Assembly (NCBI GenBank): GCA_965223905.1
Contig: CBDCXV010000011.1
Coordinates: forward strand, 64,001 to 128,000
Length of the DNA: 64,000 nucleotides
Source: Candidatus Latescibacterota bacterium
Lineage (GTDB): Bacteria; Latescibacterota; UBA2968; UBA8231
Direction: 5' to 3'
This document shows, piece after piece, positions 10,547 through 19,471 of the stretch. Position numbers and translations under genes: made by a program. Position 1 is the stretch's first letter, and each line of letters begins with the position of its first letter. Under the pieces are notes generated by a model, which saw nothing but the letters and a program-made list of their open reading frames with translations, was not told the origin of the DNA and did not search any database.

Positions 10547-10998
10547 CCCCCGGACAGCCGAATCCCTCCGTCGTGCGGCGCCATCTCACCGCCCTGAGAC
10601 TCGCCGTTGAAAACCTGCGCCGGCATTCCGGTACGACCGCGGCTCAGCTTCGAGAGGATTCCGATCTGCGCTGGTCGGTCGAACGCGGCCTCCAGCTCTG
10701 TGCGCAGAACAGCCTCGATATTGCTACCCATATGGCGTTGTCCGCCGGCCTGGACGCTCCGGATTATGCATCCGCCATCGACCGGCTCGCCGAGACCGGA
10801 GTGTTGCCCCGTGATTTCGCGGGGCACTTCCGGGATGTCGCCGGTTTCCGCAACGTGCTTGTCCACGGGTACCTCGATGTCGATCTCGACCTGATCGCAC
10901 AATTTCTCGACCGGCAGCTCGTGGATTTTGAAACGTTTTCCCGCCATGTCGAACGGTGGGTTTCCAAACTCTCAGAAAAAAAAGACGGGTCGCCATGA
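10543..10998 (+). CDS. hepT: HepT-like HEPN ribonuclease toxin (DUF86)
   Basis: GFRNVLVHGY RX4HXY motif; ATGA coupling to mntA. Confidence 0.8.
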   Translation: MTPGQPNPSVVRRHLTALRLAVENLRRHSGTTAAQLREDSDLRWSVERGLQLCAQNSLDIATHMALSAGLDAPDYASAIDRLAETGVLPRDFAGHFRDVAGFRNVLVHGYLDVDLDLIAQFLDRQLVDFETFSRHVERWVSKLSEKKDGSP

Positions 10999-11066
10999 GG
11001 ACGCCGTTCTATGACCCTGCACAGGGCATTATTCCCGGGACGGCAGCCTGACGACGGAGGATCGGC

Positions 11067-11810
11067 GTGGATCTCTACATCGGCACCAGCGGCTACAACT
11101 ACAAGGAGTGGAAGGGGCCGTTCTACCCCGAGAAGTTCCCGGACAAGGAGATGCTTGATTACTACGGGCAGCGGTTCAACAGCGTCGAGATCAACAACAG
11201 CTTCTACCGGGTGCCGAAACCGGACGTGGTCGTCTCCTGGGGGGAGAGGGTGCCGGGGAACTTCCGCTTCTCGATGAAGGCGACGCGCCGGATCACGCAC
11301 CTCAAACGCCTCAAGGGGGTCGAGGAGGAGACCGGGTACTTCATCGACATCGTTTCCAACCTAGGCCCGGGGCTCGGCGCCCTGTTGTTCCAGTTGCCGC
11401 CGACCCTCAGGAAGGACATGGACCGCCTCCGGACCTTCCTCGAGATCCTCCCGGACGGGGCTCCGGCGGCTATGGAGTTCCGCCACGAGAGCTGGTTCGA
11501 CGACGAAGTGAAAGCCTGCCTGCAGTCGAAGAACGTCGCCTTGTGCTTCGCCCACGAAGATGAGGACACCGCCGAGGAGACCGAGCGCAGGTTCGCCTCT
11601 ACCGCCTCCTGGGGGTACCTGCGCCTGCGCGGCAGCGGCTACGGCGACGACGAGCTGCGCGCCTGGGCCGACAGGGTGAAGGGGCAGTCCTGGGAGCGCG
11701 CCTTCGTCTTCTTCAAACACGAGAGCGAAGGCCTGGGGCCGAAGCTGGCAAGGCGGTTCGCCCAGGCGGCGCAGGTGGCCGGAGATTCCGGCCCGGAGCC
11801 AAGGGAGTAG
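11067..11810 (+). CDS. DUF72 domain protein
   Basis: IGTSGYNYKEWKGPFYP, SVEINNSFY, LFQLPP, EFRHESW, YLRLRG motifs. Confidence 0.9.
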   Translation: MDLYIGTSGYNYKEWKGPFYPEKFPDKEMLDYYGQRFNSVEINNSFYRVPKPDVVVSWGERVPGNFRFSMKATRRITHLKRLKGVEEETGYFIDIVSNLGPGLGALLFQLPPTLRKDMDRLRTFLEILPDGAPAAMEFRHESWFDDEVKACLQSKNVALCFAHEDEDTAEETERRFASTASWGYLRLRGSGYGDDELRAWADRVKGQSWERAFVFFKHESEGLGPKLARRFAQAAQVAGDSGPEPRE

Positions 11811-11819
11811 TCAGTGATT

Positions 11820-11936
11820 GTGGATCTCTTCCACGAGAGCGAAGGCCTGGGGCCGAAGCTGGGGCCGAAGCTGGCCATCCGGTTCACCAGGCGGCGCAGG
11901 CTGCCGATGGGTTCCGGCCCGGGGGCAGGGGAGTAG
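11820..11936 (+). repeat. collapsed duplicate of the DUF72 gene (first codons fused to the 3' tail; open 38-aa mini-ORF)
   Basis: GTGGATCTCT equals the DUF72 start and is followed by a diverged copy of 11718-11810 with a 12-bp tandem CTGGGGCCGAAG. Confidence 0.7.
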
Positions 11937-11939
11937 CCG

Positions 11940-13349
11940 GTGACCGCCGATATCTGCTTCACCACCGCGGCGGAACTGCGCGAGCTGTACGCGGCCCGCC
12001 GCCTCTCACCGGTCGAGGTTACCCGGGCTGTCCTCGACCATATCGACGCGGCCGACCGCGGTATCAACGCCTTCGTGACCCTCACCCCGGAGCTGGCCCT
12101 GCGCCAGGCCCGCGCCGCGGAGACCGCGTACGCCGAAGGCCGGGCAGGGCCGCTGGCCGGCATCCCCTTCACCCTCAAGGATCTCACCTCGACCCGGGGG
12201 ATACGGACGACGCGGGGCTCGGAGCTGTACCGGGACTGGGTCCCAGACTACGACGCGCCGGTAGCCGAAAGGCTGTACGCCGCCGGGGGGGTGCTGCTGG
12301 GAAAGACCAACACCCCGGAGATGGGGTGGAAGGGGGACACGGACAACCGCGTCGCCGGTCCCACCCACAACCCCTGGCGCCGGGGACGCACCGCGGGGGG
12401 ATCGAGCGGGGGCGCCGCGGCCGCGGTCGCCGCCGGGTTCGGGCCCATTGCCCAAGGGTCGGACGGGGCGGGGTCGATACGCATCCCGGCCTGCATGTGC
12501 GGGGTCTACGGGTTCAAGCCCTCCTGGTCGCTGGTTCCCCAGTACCCGGCCAGTGCCGTCGAGCTGTTCTCCCACATGGGGCCGATCACCCGCAGCGTCG
12601 CCGATGCCGCGGCCATGCTGACCGTTATGGCCGGGGAGGACGCGCGCGACCGCGCCTCGCTTCCCTGCACCGCCGACTTTTCCGCGGCCCTCGGGGAGGA
12701 GGTCGACTGGCCGGACATCCGCATCGCCTGGTCTCCCGATCTCGGGTACGCCGCGGTCGATCCGGAGGTGCTCGCGGTGACCGCCGCGGCGGCGCAGCGC
12801 TTCGCCGAGCTCGGCTGCCATATCGAGGAGGATCACCCCTCCCTGGGCGATCCCTGGGAGCCGGTCGTCGACGTCCTCTGGTCGACCTCGTTCGCCGGGC
12901 TGTTCCACGACGACTTCGACGCCGTGAAGGACCGCCTCGACCCGGGGCTCGCCGCGGTGATCGAGGCCGGGTCGCGCTACTCCGGCCCCCAGGTAGGGGC
13001 CGCCCATGCCCGCCGCGTCGACTACTACCACGACTGGCGCCGCTTCATGGAGCCCTACGATTTCGTGCTGACCCCGGCCCTGCCGGTGACCGCCTTTCCC
13101 TGCGGCCGGGACCATCCCGGAAAGATCGCCGGCAGGCCGACCAGCTATCTCGGCTGGACCGCCTTCACCTATCCGTTCAACATCACCGGACAGCCCGCGG
13201 CGACCGTTCCCTGCGGTTTCGTCGACGGCCTTCCCGTCGGCCTGCAGATCGTCGGTCGCTGGCGCCAGGACGCCGCGGTTCTGCGCGCCTCCGCGGCCTT
13301 CGAACGCATCGCACCGTGGGCGCACCGGCGCCCGCCCCTTGAGGCATGA
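11940..13349 (+). CDS. amidase (amidase signature family)
   Basis: GGSSGG and GSDGAGSIRIP catalytic motifs. Confidence 0.92.
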   Translation: MTADICFTTAAELRELYAARRLSPVEVTRAVLDHIDAADRGINAFVTLTPELALRQARAAETAYAEGRAGPLAGIPFTLKDLTSTRGIRTTRGSELYRDWVPDYDAPVAERLYAAGGVLLGKTNTPEMGWKGDTDNRVAGPTHNPWRRGRTAGGSSGGAAAAVAAGFGPIAQGSDGAGSIRIPACMCGVYGFKPSWSLVPQYPASAVELFSHMGPITRSVADAAAMLTVMAGEDARDRASLPCTADFSAALGEEVDWPDIRIAWSPDLGYAAVDPEVLAVTAAAAQRFAELGCHIEEDHPSLGDPWEPVVDVLWSTSFAGLFHDDFDAVKDRLDPGLAAVIEAGSRYSGPQVGAAHARRVDYYHDWRRFMEPYDFVLTPALPVTAFPCGRDHPGKIAGRPTSYLGWTAFTYPFNITGQPAATVPCGFVDGLPVGLQIVGRWRQDAAVLRASAAFERIAPWAHRRPPLEA

Positions 13350-14581
13350 CCATGGAGATTCGCGCGGTTCGCGAGCAGGAGCTCGAGGCGATGATCGAGC
13401 TCCAGTGCCTGATCTTTCGCCCCGACGGGCACGAGCGCTACACCGCCTACCTCCACGGCGACCCCTCGTACGAGCTCGGGCAGACCCGGGTCGTCGTCGT
13501 CGACGGGGAGATCGTCGCCACCCTGCGCATCTGGGACCGCACCATCCGGGTAAGCGCCACCGCGGTGAAAATGGGCGGGATCGGCGGGGTCGGAACCCAT
13601 CCGGCCCATCGCAGGCGAGGCTATGCCTCGGCCATGCTCCGCGACGCCAGCGACTGGATGCGGAGCCGCGGCTACCTCACCAGCGTGCTGTTCACCGAGG
13701 TCGCCAGCCAATTCTACCGCCGTCACGGCTGGGCGAGCGTGCCGATGCCGGGGTTTCGCATCGGCATCCCGGGCGCCGGCGCCACCCTTCCGGCGCCGGG
13801 AGAAGGGCCGGGGGAGTGGAGAGTCGAGGAATTCGACGAGGCCCGCGATCTCGATGCGGCGGTGGCCCTGTACGAGAGGTTCAACGCCGCCCGGAGCGGC
13901 GCCCTGGTCAGGGACCGGCCCTACTGGGATTCGGAGCCGGCGAGAATCCGGGGGATTCTGCCCACCGTCGTCGCCCTCGACGCCCGGGGGAACCTGCGCG
14001 GCTACCTCAACTACGAGATCGAGGAAGGGCAGGCGACGGTGTGCGAGCTGGCCGTCGACGAGACCGCGGCCTCGGCGACCGATGCCCTGGTGCGGCATTT
14101 CCTGCGGGAGTGCGCCGCGCGTGGAGCCGGCGAGATCGTCGGGGAGCTGCCGCACCGGCACCCCCTCGTCGACCTGCTCTGCGAGTACTGCGGCGGTGAT
14201 CTCGAGCTGACCGGAAACGCCGCCACCATGTGGAAGGCGGTTGACCCCCCGGGATTGCTCTCCGCCCTGCTGCCGGAGCTGCAGCAGCGGGTGGCGGCTG
14301 CGGAGCCGGCGGCGCTGCCCTTCGAGTTCGACGGAGAGCCCTGCTCGCTGGCTCTCGACCCCGCCGGGCGGCTGCATCTCGATGCCGAGCCCCCGGCGGG
14401 CGGGGCCCTGCCGTTGAGCGGCGAGATGCTGTGGCGCCTGCTGCTGGGGGAGAGCGCCTGGTCCGACATCGAGGCTTCCCCGCCCGCCCGGGGGGAGGCG
14501 GTCGATCCGGCGCAATCCCGGCTGCTCGCCGCCCTGTTTCCGCGGCGCCAGGTGATCTACTGGGCGCCCGACCATTTCTGA
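13346..14581 (+). CDS. Eis-like GNAT acetyltransferase
   Basis: GGIGGVGTHPAHRRRGYA, FYRRHGW; about 410 aa, double-GNAT architecture. Confidence 0.8.
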   Translation: MTMEIRAVREQELEAMIELQCLIFRPDGHERYTAYLHGDPSYELGQTRVVVVDGEIVATLRIWDRTIRVSATAVKMGGIGGVGTHPAHRRRGYASAMLRDASDWMRSRGYLTSVLFTEVASQFYRRHGWASVPMPGFRIGIPGAGATLPAPGEGPGEWRVEEFDEARDLDAAVALYERFNAARSGALVRDRPYWDSEPARIRGILPTVVALDARGNLRGYLNYEIEEGQATVCELAVDETAASATDALVRHFLRECAARGAGEIVGELPHRHPLVDLLCEYCGGDLELTGNAATMWKAVDPPGLLSALLPELQQRVAAAEPAALPFEFDGEPCSLALDPAGRLHLDAEPPAGGALPLSGEMLWRLLLGESAWSDIEASPPARGEAVDPAQSRLLAALFPRRQVIYWAPDHF

Positions 14582-14621
14582 AATCCGCGGCTGGGGCCGC
14601 GGCGAGGAGGATGAAAAGAAA

Positions 14622-15641
14622 GTGAGTCCGAAGAAGGGGTTTCGATGCGGAGTGATCGGGTACAGCCCGGCCTTCAACATGGGGCGTACCCACCTGGAGG
14701 CGATGACGAAGAACCCGGGGATGGAGGCGGTGGCGGTCTGCGATCTCGACCCGGAATACAGGGCAGCGGCCGCCCGGGACTGGCCGGAGGCCACGGTCTA
14801 CGGCCGCGTCGGCGACATGCTGCGGCGCGCCGATCTCGATCTCGTCGCCGTGATCACCCCGCACAACACCCACGCCAGGCTGGTGATGCGGTGCCTCGAC
14901 GCCGGGGTGGGCGTGGTGTGCGAAAAGCCCCTGGCGATCACCAGCAAGGAAATCAGGGAGATGATCTCCCTGTCGAAGCGCCGCAAAGTCATGCTGTCGA
15001 CCTTTCACAACCGTCGCTGGGACAGCGACTTTCTGCTGCTCCGCGACCTGCTTCAGGAGGAGAAGGCGATCGGCGAGCCGTTCCGGATCGAGTGCGGCTT
15101 CTACAGATACGGGGAGTCGCCGCCCTGGTGGCGCTCGGACAAAAAGATTTCCGGCGGCGCCATCTACGACTGGGGCGCCCACTTCACCGACTGGGTCCTG
15201 CAGCTCGTCAGGGACGAGATCGACTGGGTCAGCGGCTTCCAGGTGAAGAACCCCGCCTGGGGCTCGTACAGCAACGAGGACCACTCGGAGTACACCCTGA
15301 AGTTCAAGGGGGGCTGCGAGGTGACGCAGACGATATCGAACCTGTCGATGAGTCCGCGGCCGCGGTGGCGCATTCTCGGGGACCGGGGGGCCATCGAGGC
15401 GGCCGAGGGGGGATTCCTGCTGCGCACCCTCGTCAACGGCAGGCAGATGAGCGCCGTGGTTCCGGTGCCGGAGCGGCTGCCGACCGCGGACCTGTTCTAC
15501 GAAAACGTGTACCGCCATCTGCTGGGCCGGGAGGGGCTGGCGGTCACCGCGGAGTCCGCGGCCCGCGTCATCGGGGTGCTCGAAGCGGCCAACCTCTCCG
15601 CGGCGCGCGGTTCCGCCCCCGTGAAGCCGGCGTTCAAATAG
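14622..15641 (+). CDS. Gfo/Idh/MocA oxidoreductase
   Basis: CEKP, FHNRRWD, GGAIYDWGAH motifs. Confidence 0.9.
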   Translation: MSPKKGFRCGVIGYSPAFNMGRTHLEAMTKNPGMEAVAVCDLDPEYRAAAARDWPEATVYGRVGDMLRRADLDLVAVITPHNTHARLVMRCLDAGVGVVCEKPLAITSKEIREMISLSKRRKVMLSTFHNRRWDSDFLLLRDLLQEEKAIGEPFRIECGFYRYGESPPWWRSDKKISGGAIYDWGAHFTDWVLQLVRDEIDWVSGFQVKNPAWGSYSNEDHSEYTLKFKGGCEVTQTISNLSMSPRPRWRILGDRGAIEAAEGGFLLRTLVNGRQMSAVVPVPERLPTADLFYENVYRHLLGREGLAVTAESAARVIGVLEAANLSAARGSAPVKPAFK

Positions 15642-15654
15642 AAAGGACGGAACC

Positions 15655-16398
15655 ATGCTCCTCGGCGAAATGACCTCGCCCCAGATCGACGCGCTGCCGC
15701 GCGACATCGTCGTCTACATCCCGGTCGCCTCATGCGAGCAGCACAGCCTGCACCTGCCGGTCCTGACCGACAGCATGATCGGGGAGGAGGTGGCGCGGCG
15801 CGTCCACGTGCGCATCCCCGACGACGTGCTCGTGCTGCCGGTGCAGTGGCTGGGGTATTCCCAGCACCACATCCGCTACCCGGGAACGGTCAGCGCCGTC
15901 AGCGAGACCCACCTGCTGCTGATGATGGACATCGTCGCCTCCATGGTCGGCAGCGGATTCCGCAAGATCCTGATCCAGAACAGCCACGGCGGCAACGGCG
16001 CCAACATCCAGGTGCTCCTGCAGCGGCTGATGGAGCGCTATCCCGAGGGGGAGGCGGAGTTCTACTCGCGCTGGGCCTGGGCGGATGGCGACACCCTGAA
16101 CCAGATCCGCGACCTGCCGCACGGCTCGGGGCACGCCGGGGAGACGGAGACGTCGATGATCCTGGCGATGCGCCCCGACCTCGTGCATACCGGCAAGCTC
16201 GACCCGGACGGCGAGCGCGAGGGGATGCGGGTTCCCGGAATGTCCTCCTACCACCGCTTCGACCAGCGCACCCGTCACGGCGGGGTAGGCGACCCCCGGC
16301 CGGCCACCGCGGAGAAGGGAGAGCGCATGCTCGACGCCTCCGCGGACGAGATCGCCGAGCAGGTGCTCGCCATCCGGGCGCTGAAGCCGTTCGCTTGA
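15655..16398 (+). CDS. creatininase-family amidohydrolase
   Basis: EQHSLHLP..TD, NSHGGN, HAGETETS motifs. Confidence 0.9.
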   Translation: MLLGEMTSPQIDALPRDIVVYIPVASCEQHSLHLPVLTDSMIGEEVARRVHVRIPDDVLVLPVQWLGYSQHHIRYPGTVSAVSETHLLLMMDIVASMVGSGFRKILIQNSHGGNGANIQVLLQRLMERYPEGEAEFYSRWAWADGDTLNQIRDLPHGSGHAGETETSMILAMRPDLVHTGKLDPDGEREGMRVPGMSSYHRFDQRTRHGGVGDPRPATAEKGERMLDASADEIAEQVLAIRALKPFA

Positions 16399-16416
16399 TC
16401 CAGCCTTACAGCCGGC

Positions 16417-17358
16417 TCAGGCGCGTTCGAACAGCAGGCTGAGGTCGAGGGCGGGAGCCGAGTGGGTGAGGGCCCCGATCGAGACCAGGTCGACCCCGGT
16501 CAGGGCGATTTCGCGGACGTTGTGAAGACCGATGCCCCCGGTCGCCTCGATCTCGATCGGCGGGTCGAGCGGGCGGATCAGCGCCACCGCCTCCCGGATG
16601 ACCTGAGTGGGCATGTTGTCGAGAAGAATCCGGTCGGGCCGCAGGGAGCGCTCCAGGGCGGTGAGCTCGCCCACCTCGTCGAGGTTTCGCGCCTCCACCA
16701 TGACGCGCGGGGGAGCGTCCCCCTCCGCCCCCGCCTGTGCCGCCCCTTCCCGGGCCAGCCGCACCGCCGCGGCGCATCCCCCGGCCGCGGCGGCGTGGTT
16801 CTCCTTTATCAGGACGGCGTCGTAGAGGCCGCGGCGATGGCTGACCCCGCCGCCGCAGCGGACCGCGTACTTCTCCAGCTGCCTAAGGCCCGGTGTGGTC
16901 TTGCGGGTATCGGTGACGTGCACCCCGGTGCCGGCGATTTCTGTGACGAAGCCGCGGGTCAGGGTGGCGGTTCCCGAGAGGCGCTGAAGCAGGTTGAGGG
17001 CGGTCCGTTCCCCGACCAGCAGGGAACGCGCCGGCCCCGACATCTCGGCGACGGTTCCGCCGGAATCCATGATGCTGCCTTCCGCCGCGAGGCGGCCGAA
17101 CTGCACCGAGCCGTCGAGACGGCGGAAGACGGCGCAGGCGACCGGAAGGCCGGCGATCACCCCGCGCTGCCGGGCGACGATGCGTGCCCGCGCTTTCGCC
17201 TGCGGGGCGACCGTCCAGGCGGTGGTCAGGTCCCTTGCCGGGGAAGGTTCAGGGGAGCCGAGGTCCTCGGCGAGGGCCGATTCGACCACGGCGTCGATGG
17301 CGGCCGCGTCCGGCAGGCCGGTGTCGTCGAGGCCGGTGAATTGGGGAAGGGGGCTCAT
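16417..17358 (-). CDS. nadC: quinolinate phosphoribosyltransferase
   Basis: ERTALNLLQRLSG, DTRKTTPG, IKENH, LLDNM, GALTHSAPALD. Confidence 0.95.
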   Translation of the reverse strand: MSPLPQFTGLDDTGLPDAAAIDAVVESALAEDLGSPEPSPARDLTTAWTVAPQAKARARIVARQRGVIAGLPVACAVFRRLDGSVQFGRLAAEGSIMDSGGTVAEMSGPARSLLVGERTALNLLQRLSGTATLTRGFVTEIAGTGVHVTDTRKTTPGLRQLEKYAVRCGGGVSHRRGLYDAVLIKENHAAAAGGCAAAVRLAREGAAQAGAEGDAPPRVMVEARNLDEVGELTALERSLRPDRILLDNMPTQVIREAVALIRPLDPPIEIEATGGIGLHNVREIALTGVDLVSIGALTHSAPALDLSLLFERA

Positions 17359-17609
17359 GCGGTTGCTCCGCCACCCGCGGTTGTTCGCTCGCCGCGGGTG
17401 GCAAAATCCAAACGGTGATCCATTGCGGGAAGTATATACCTGAGTAAACGCGCCAGCATCCCGTACAATATCAAGCGACTATTCCCCTACCGACCAATAG
17501 AAACCATACGCCCCGAAATGCCGCCCAAAGAGAAGCCGCCGGGGTATCGGCCTGGAGCTCTTGAGCGGCAACTCAGCCGGCACCCTTTCCGCAACCAGGG
17601 AACAGCAGC

Positions 17610-19443
17610 ATGACCGTCACCATCAAAGCGCAAGAGCCCGCGCCCACCCCCCCGCACTGGGGCGTCCTTCAACGCCGGCTGTCGACGCCATCGAAGAGGC
17701 CGCGCCCAGGGTGTTGGAGAGATACACGAAGCCGGACGGCAACCTGCTTTGGCCTCCCTCTCCCGATTTCCAAAGCATCGACGCCCTAGACGACTCTACG
17801 AGAGCTTCCACAACTGGCCGCTCTTCTACCTTCTGGGCGGCAGCGACCGCTTCCTCGCCGACGCCCAGCGGGAGTTCGAGCTCATCACCGAGGCGATGAG
17901 CCGCCACGGCACCGGACACGGCTACCCCATGGTGGTCAAGGAGTACCAGCCGGGGTACGACTGGTTCCACCAGGGGGAGGGGAACTACCTCTTCTACATG
18001 CTCTGCGCCGCGGACCCGGGCCACGCCGCCAACCTCGAGCGAGCCCGGCGCTTCGCCGGGCTGTTCCTCGGCGAAGATCCCGAGGCTCCCAACTACGACC
18101 AGGAAAAGCGAATCATCCGCTGCGCGCGGAACGGCAGCATGGGGCCGGCCTTCTGGACCTTCGAAGACAGCCCGTACTGGCCCTATCCCGGTTACAACCT
18201 GCCTTTCTACGATGTGCCGGGCTGCACCAGCCATGAGGCGGTGGGCGCCGATCCGGCGCTCCCGGAGCGGCTCGGCCGGGCGATGCGGGAGCGCCAGGGC
18301 CGGGGGGATTCCGTAGTGAACCTCCTGGCGACCTGCCTGGCCGCCAACGCCTTCCTGCTGACGGGGGAGGAGAAGTACCGCGAGTGGGTCCTCGAGTACA
18401 CCGGGGCCTGGATCGAGCGCACCGGGGCGAACGACGGCATCGTCCCCGACAACGTCGGCCTCTCCGGCGAGGTCGGCGAGCACATCGACGGCAAGTGGTA
18501 CGGAGCGAGCTACGGCTGGGCCTGGCCCCACGGGTGGCACAGCGTCGGGCAGGCGGTGGGAGTCGCGGCCCAGAACGCCGCCCTGCTTACGGGAGACCTC
18601 GGGTACATGGATTTCCCCAGGTCGCAGATCGACCACCTGATCGCGCGCGGCATCGAGCGGGACGACCAGCTCTACGTGCCGCACAAGTACGACGACCCCG
18701 GCAGGGTCAGGTACGAACCGGGGGTGTGGATGCAATACCCGATCCGGAACGAGGACGGCACCGCCCTGCAGCGGGACGGCTGGTTCGAGTTCATGCCGAT
18801 GTTCCCGTCCGACCTCGCCCACCTCTGGTGCATGTCGATGAGCCCGGGGGGATTCAGCGCGCTTCGAGCAGACCCGCAAGAGGAGCGGCGACCGGTTCGC
18901 CGTCAACTCCTGGCACCACACCAAGGACCAGGGGGGCACGACTGGGGGTGGCTGGCCTGGCTGCACGGGGATTTCGACCAGTATCCCGAGCGGATTCTCG
19001 AACACAACCTCTCCCAGGTGCGGGCGCGCCTCGATTTCATGGAGCAGGACGAGGAGGACACGGCCGGGTACTCGGACGCCTATTTCCAGCGCCGCAACCC
19101 GGTCACCTGCGAGGGCCTGCTGGTGTCGCGGCTGCGCCACTTCGACGCGCAGCGCCGGCGCCCGGGCCTGCCCCCCGACGTGGCCGCGCTCGTGTCCGCA
19201 ATGACCGCGGAAAGGACCGACCTGACCCTGGTGAACCTCGGACCGGAGCACCGGCAGGTGCTGATCCAGGCAGGGGGCATGGGAGAGCACGAGTTCACCG
19301 AAGCCGGGGCCGACGGGGACCGCCAGCTGACCGCGGTGAACGGGGCGGCCGTCGAGATCGGCCTGCCTCCAGGCACGCGCATCCGCCTCGAGCTGGGGAT
19401 GAGGCGCTTCGTCAACCGGCCGACCCTGGCATTTCCCTGGTGA
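17610..19443 (+). pseudogene. conserved hypothetical protein (aromatic-rich, possible alpha/alpha-barrel enzyme) broken by several frameshifts
   Basis: GC3-biased coding frame from ATG 17610 changes frame near 17682, 17796 and 18850-18935; ends RRFVNRPTLAFPW. Confidence 0.6.
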
Positions 19444-19471
19444 GGCTCGGGGGAGCCCCCCGGGGATTCCG

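Noticed and set aside
17359-17609. NAD riboswitch upstream of nadC
   Set aside because: No recognisable motif by eye; would need an Rfam scan
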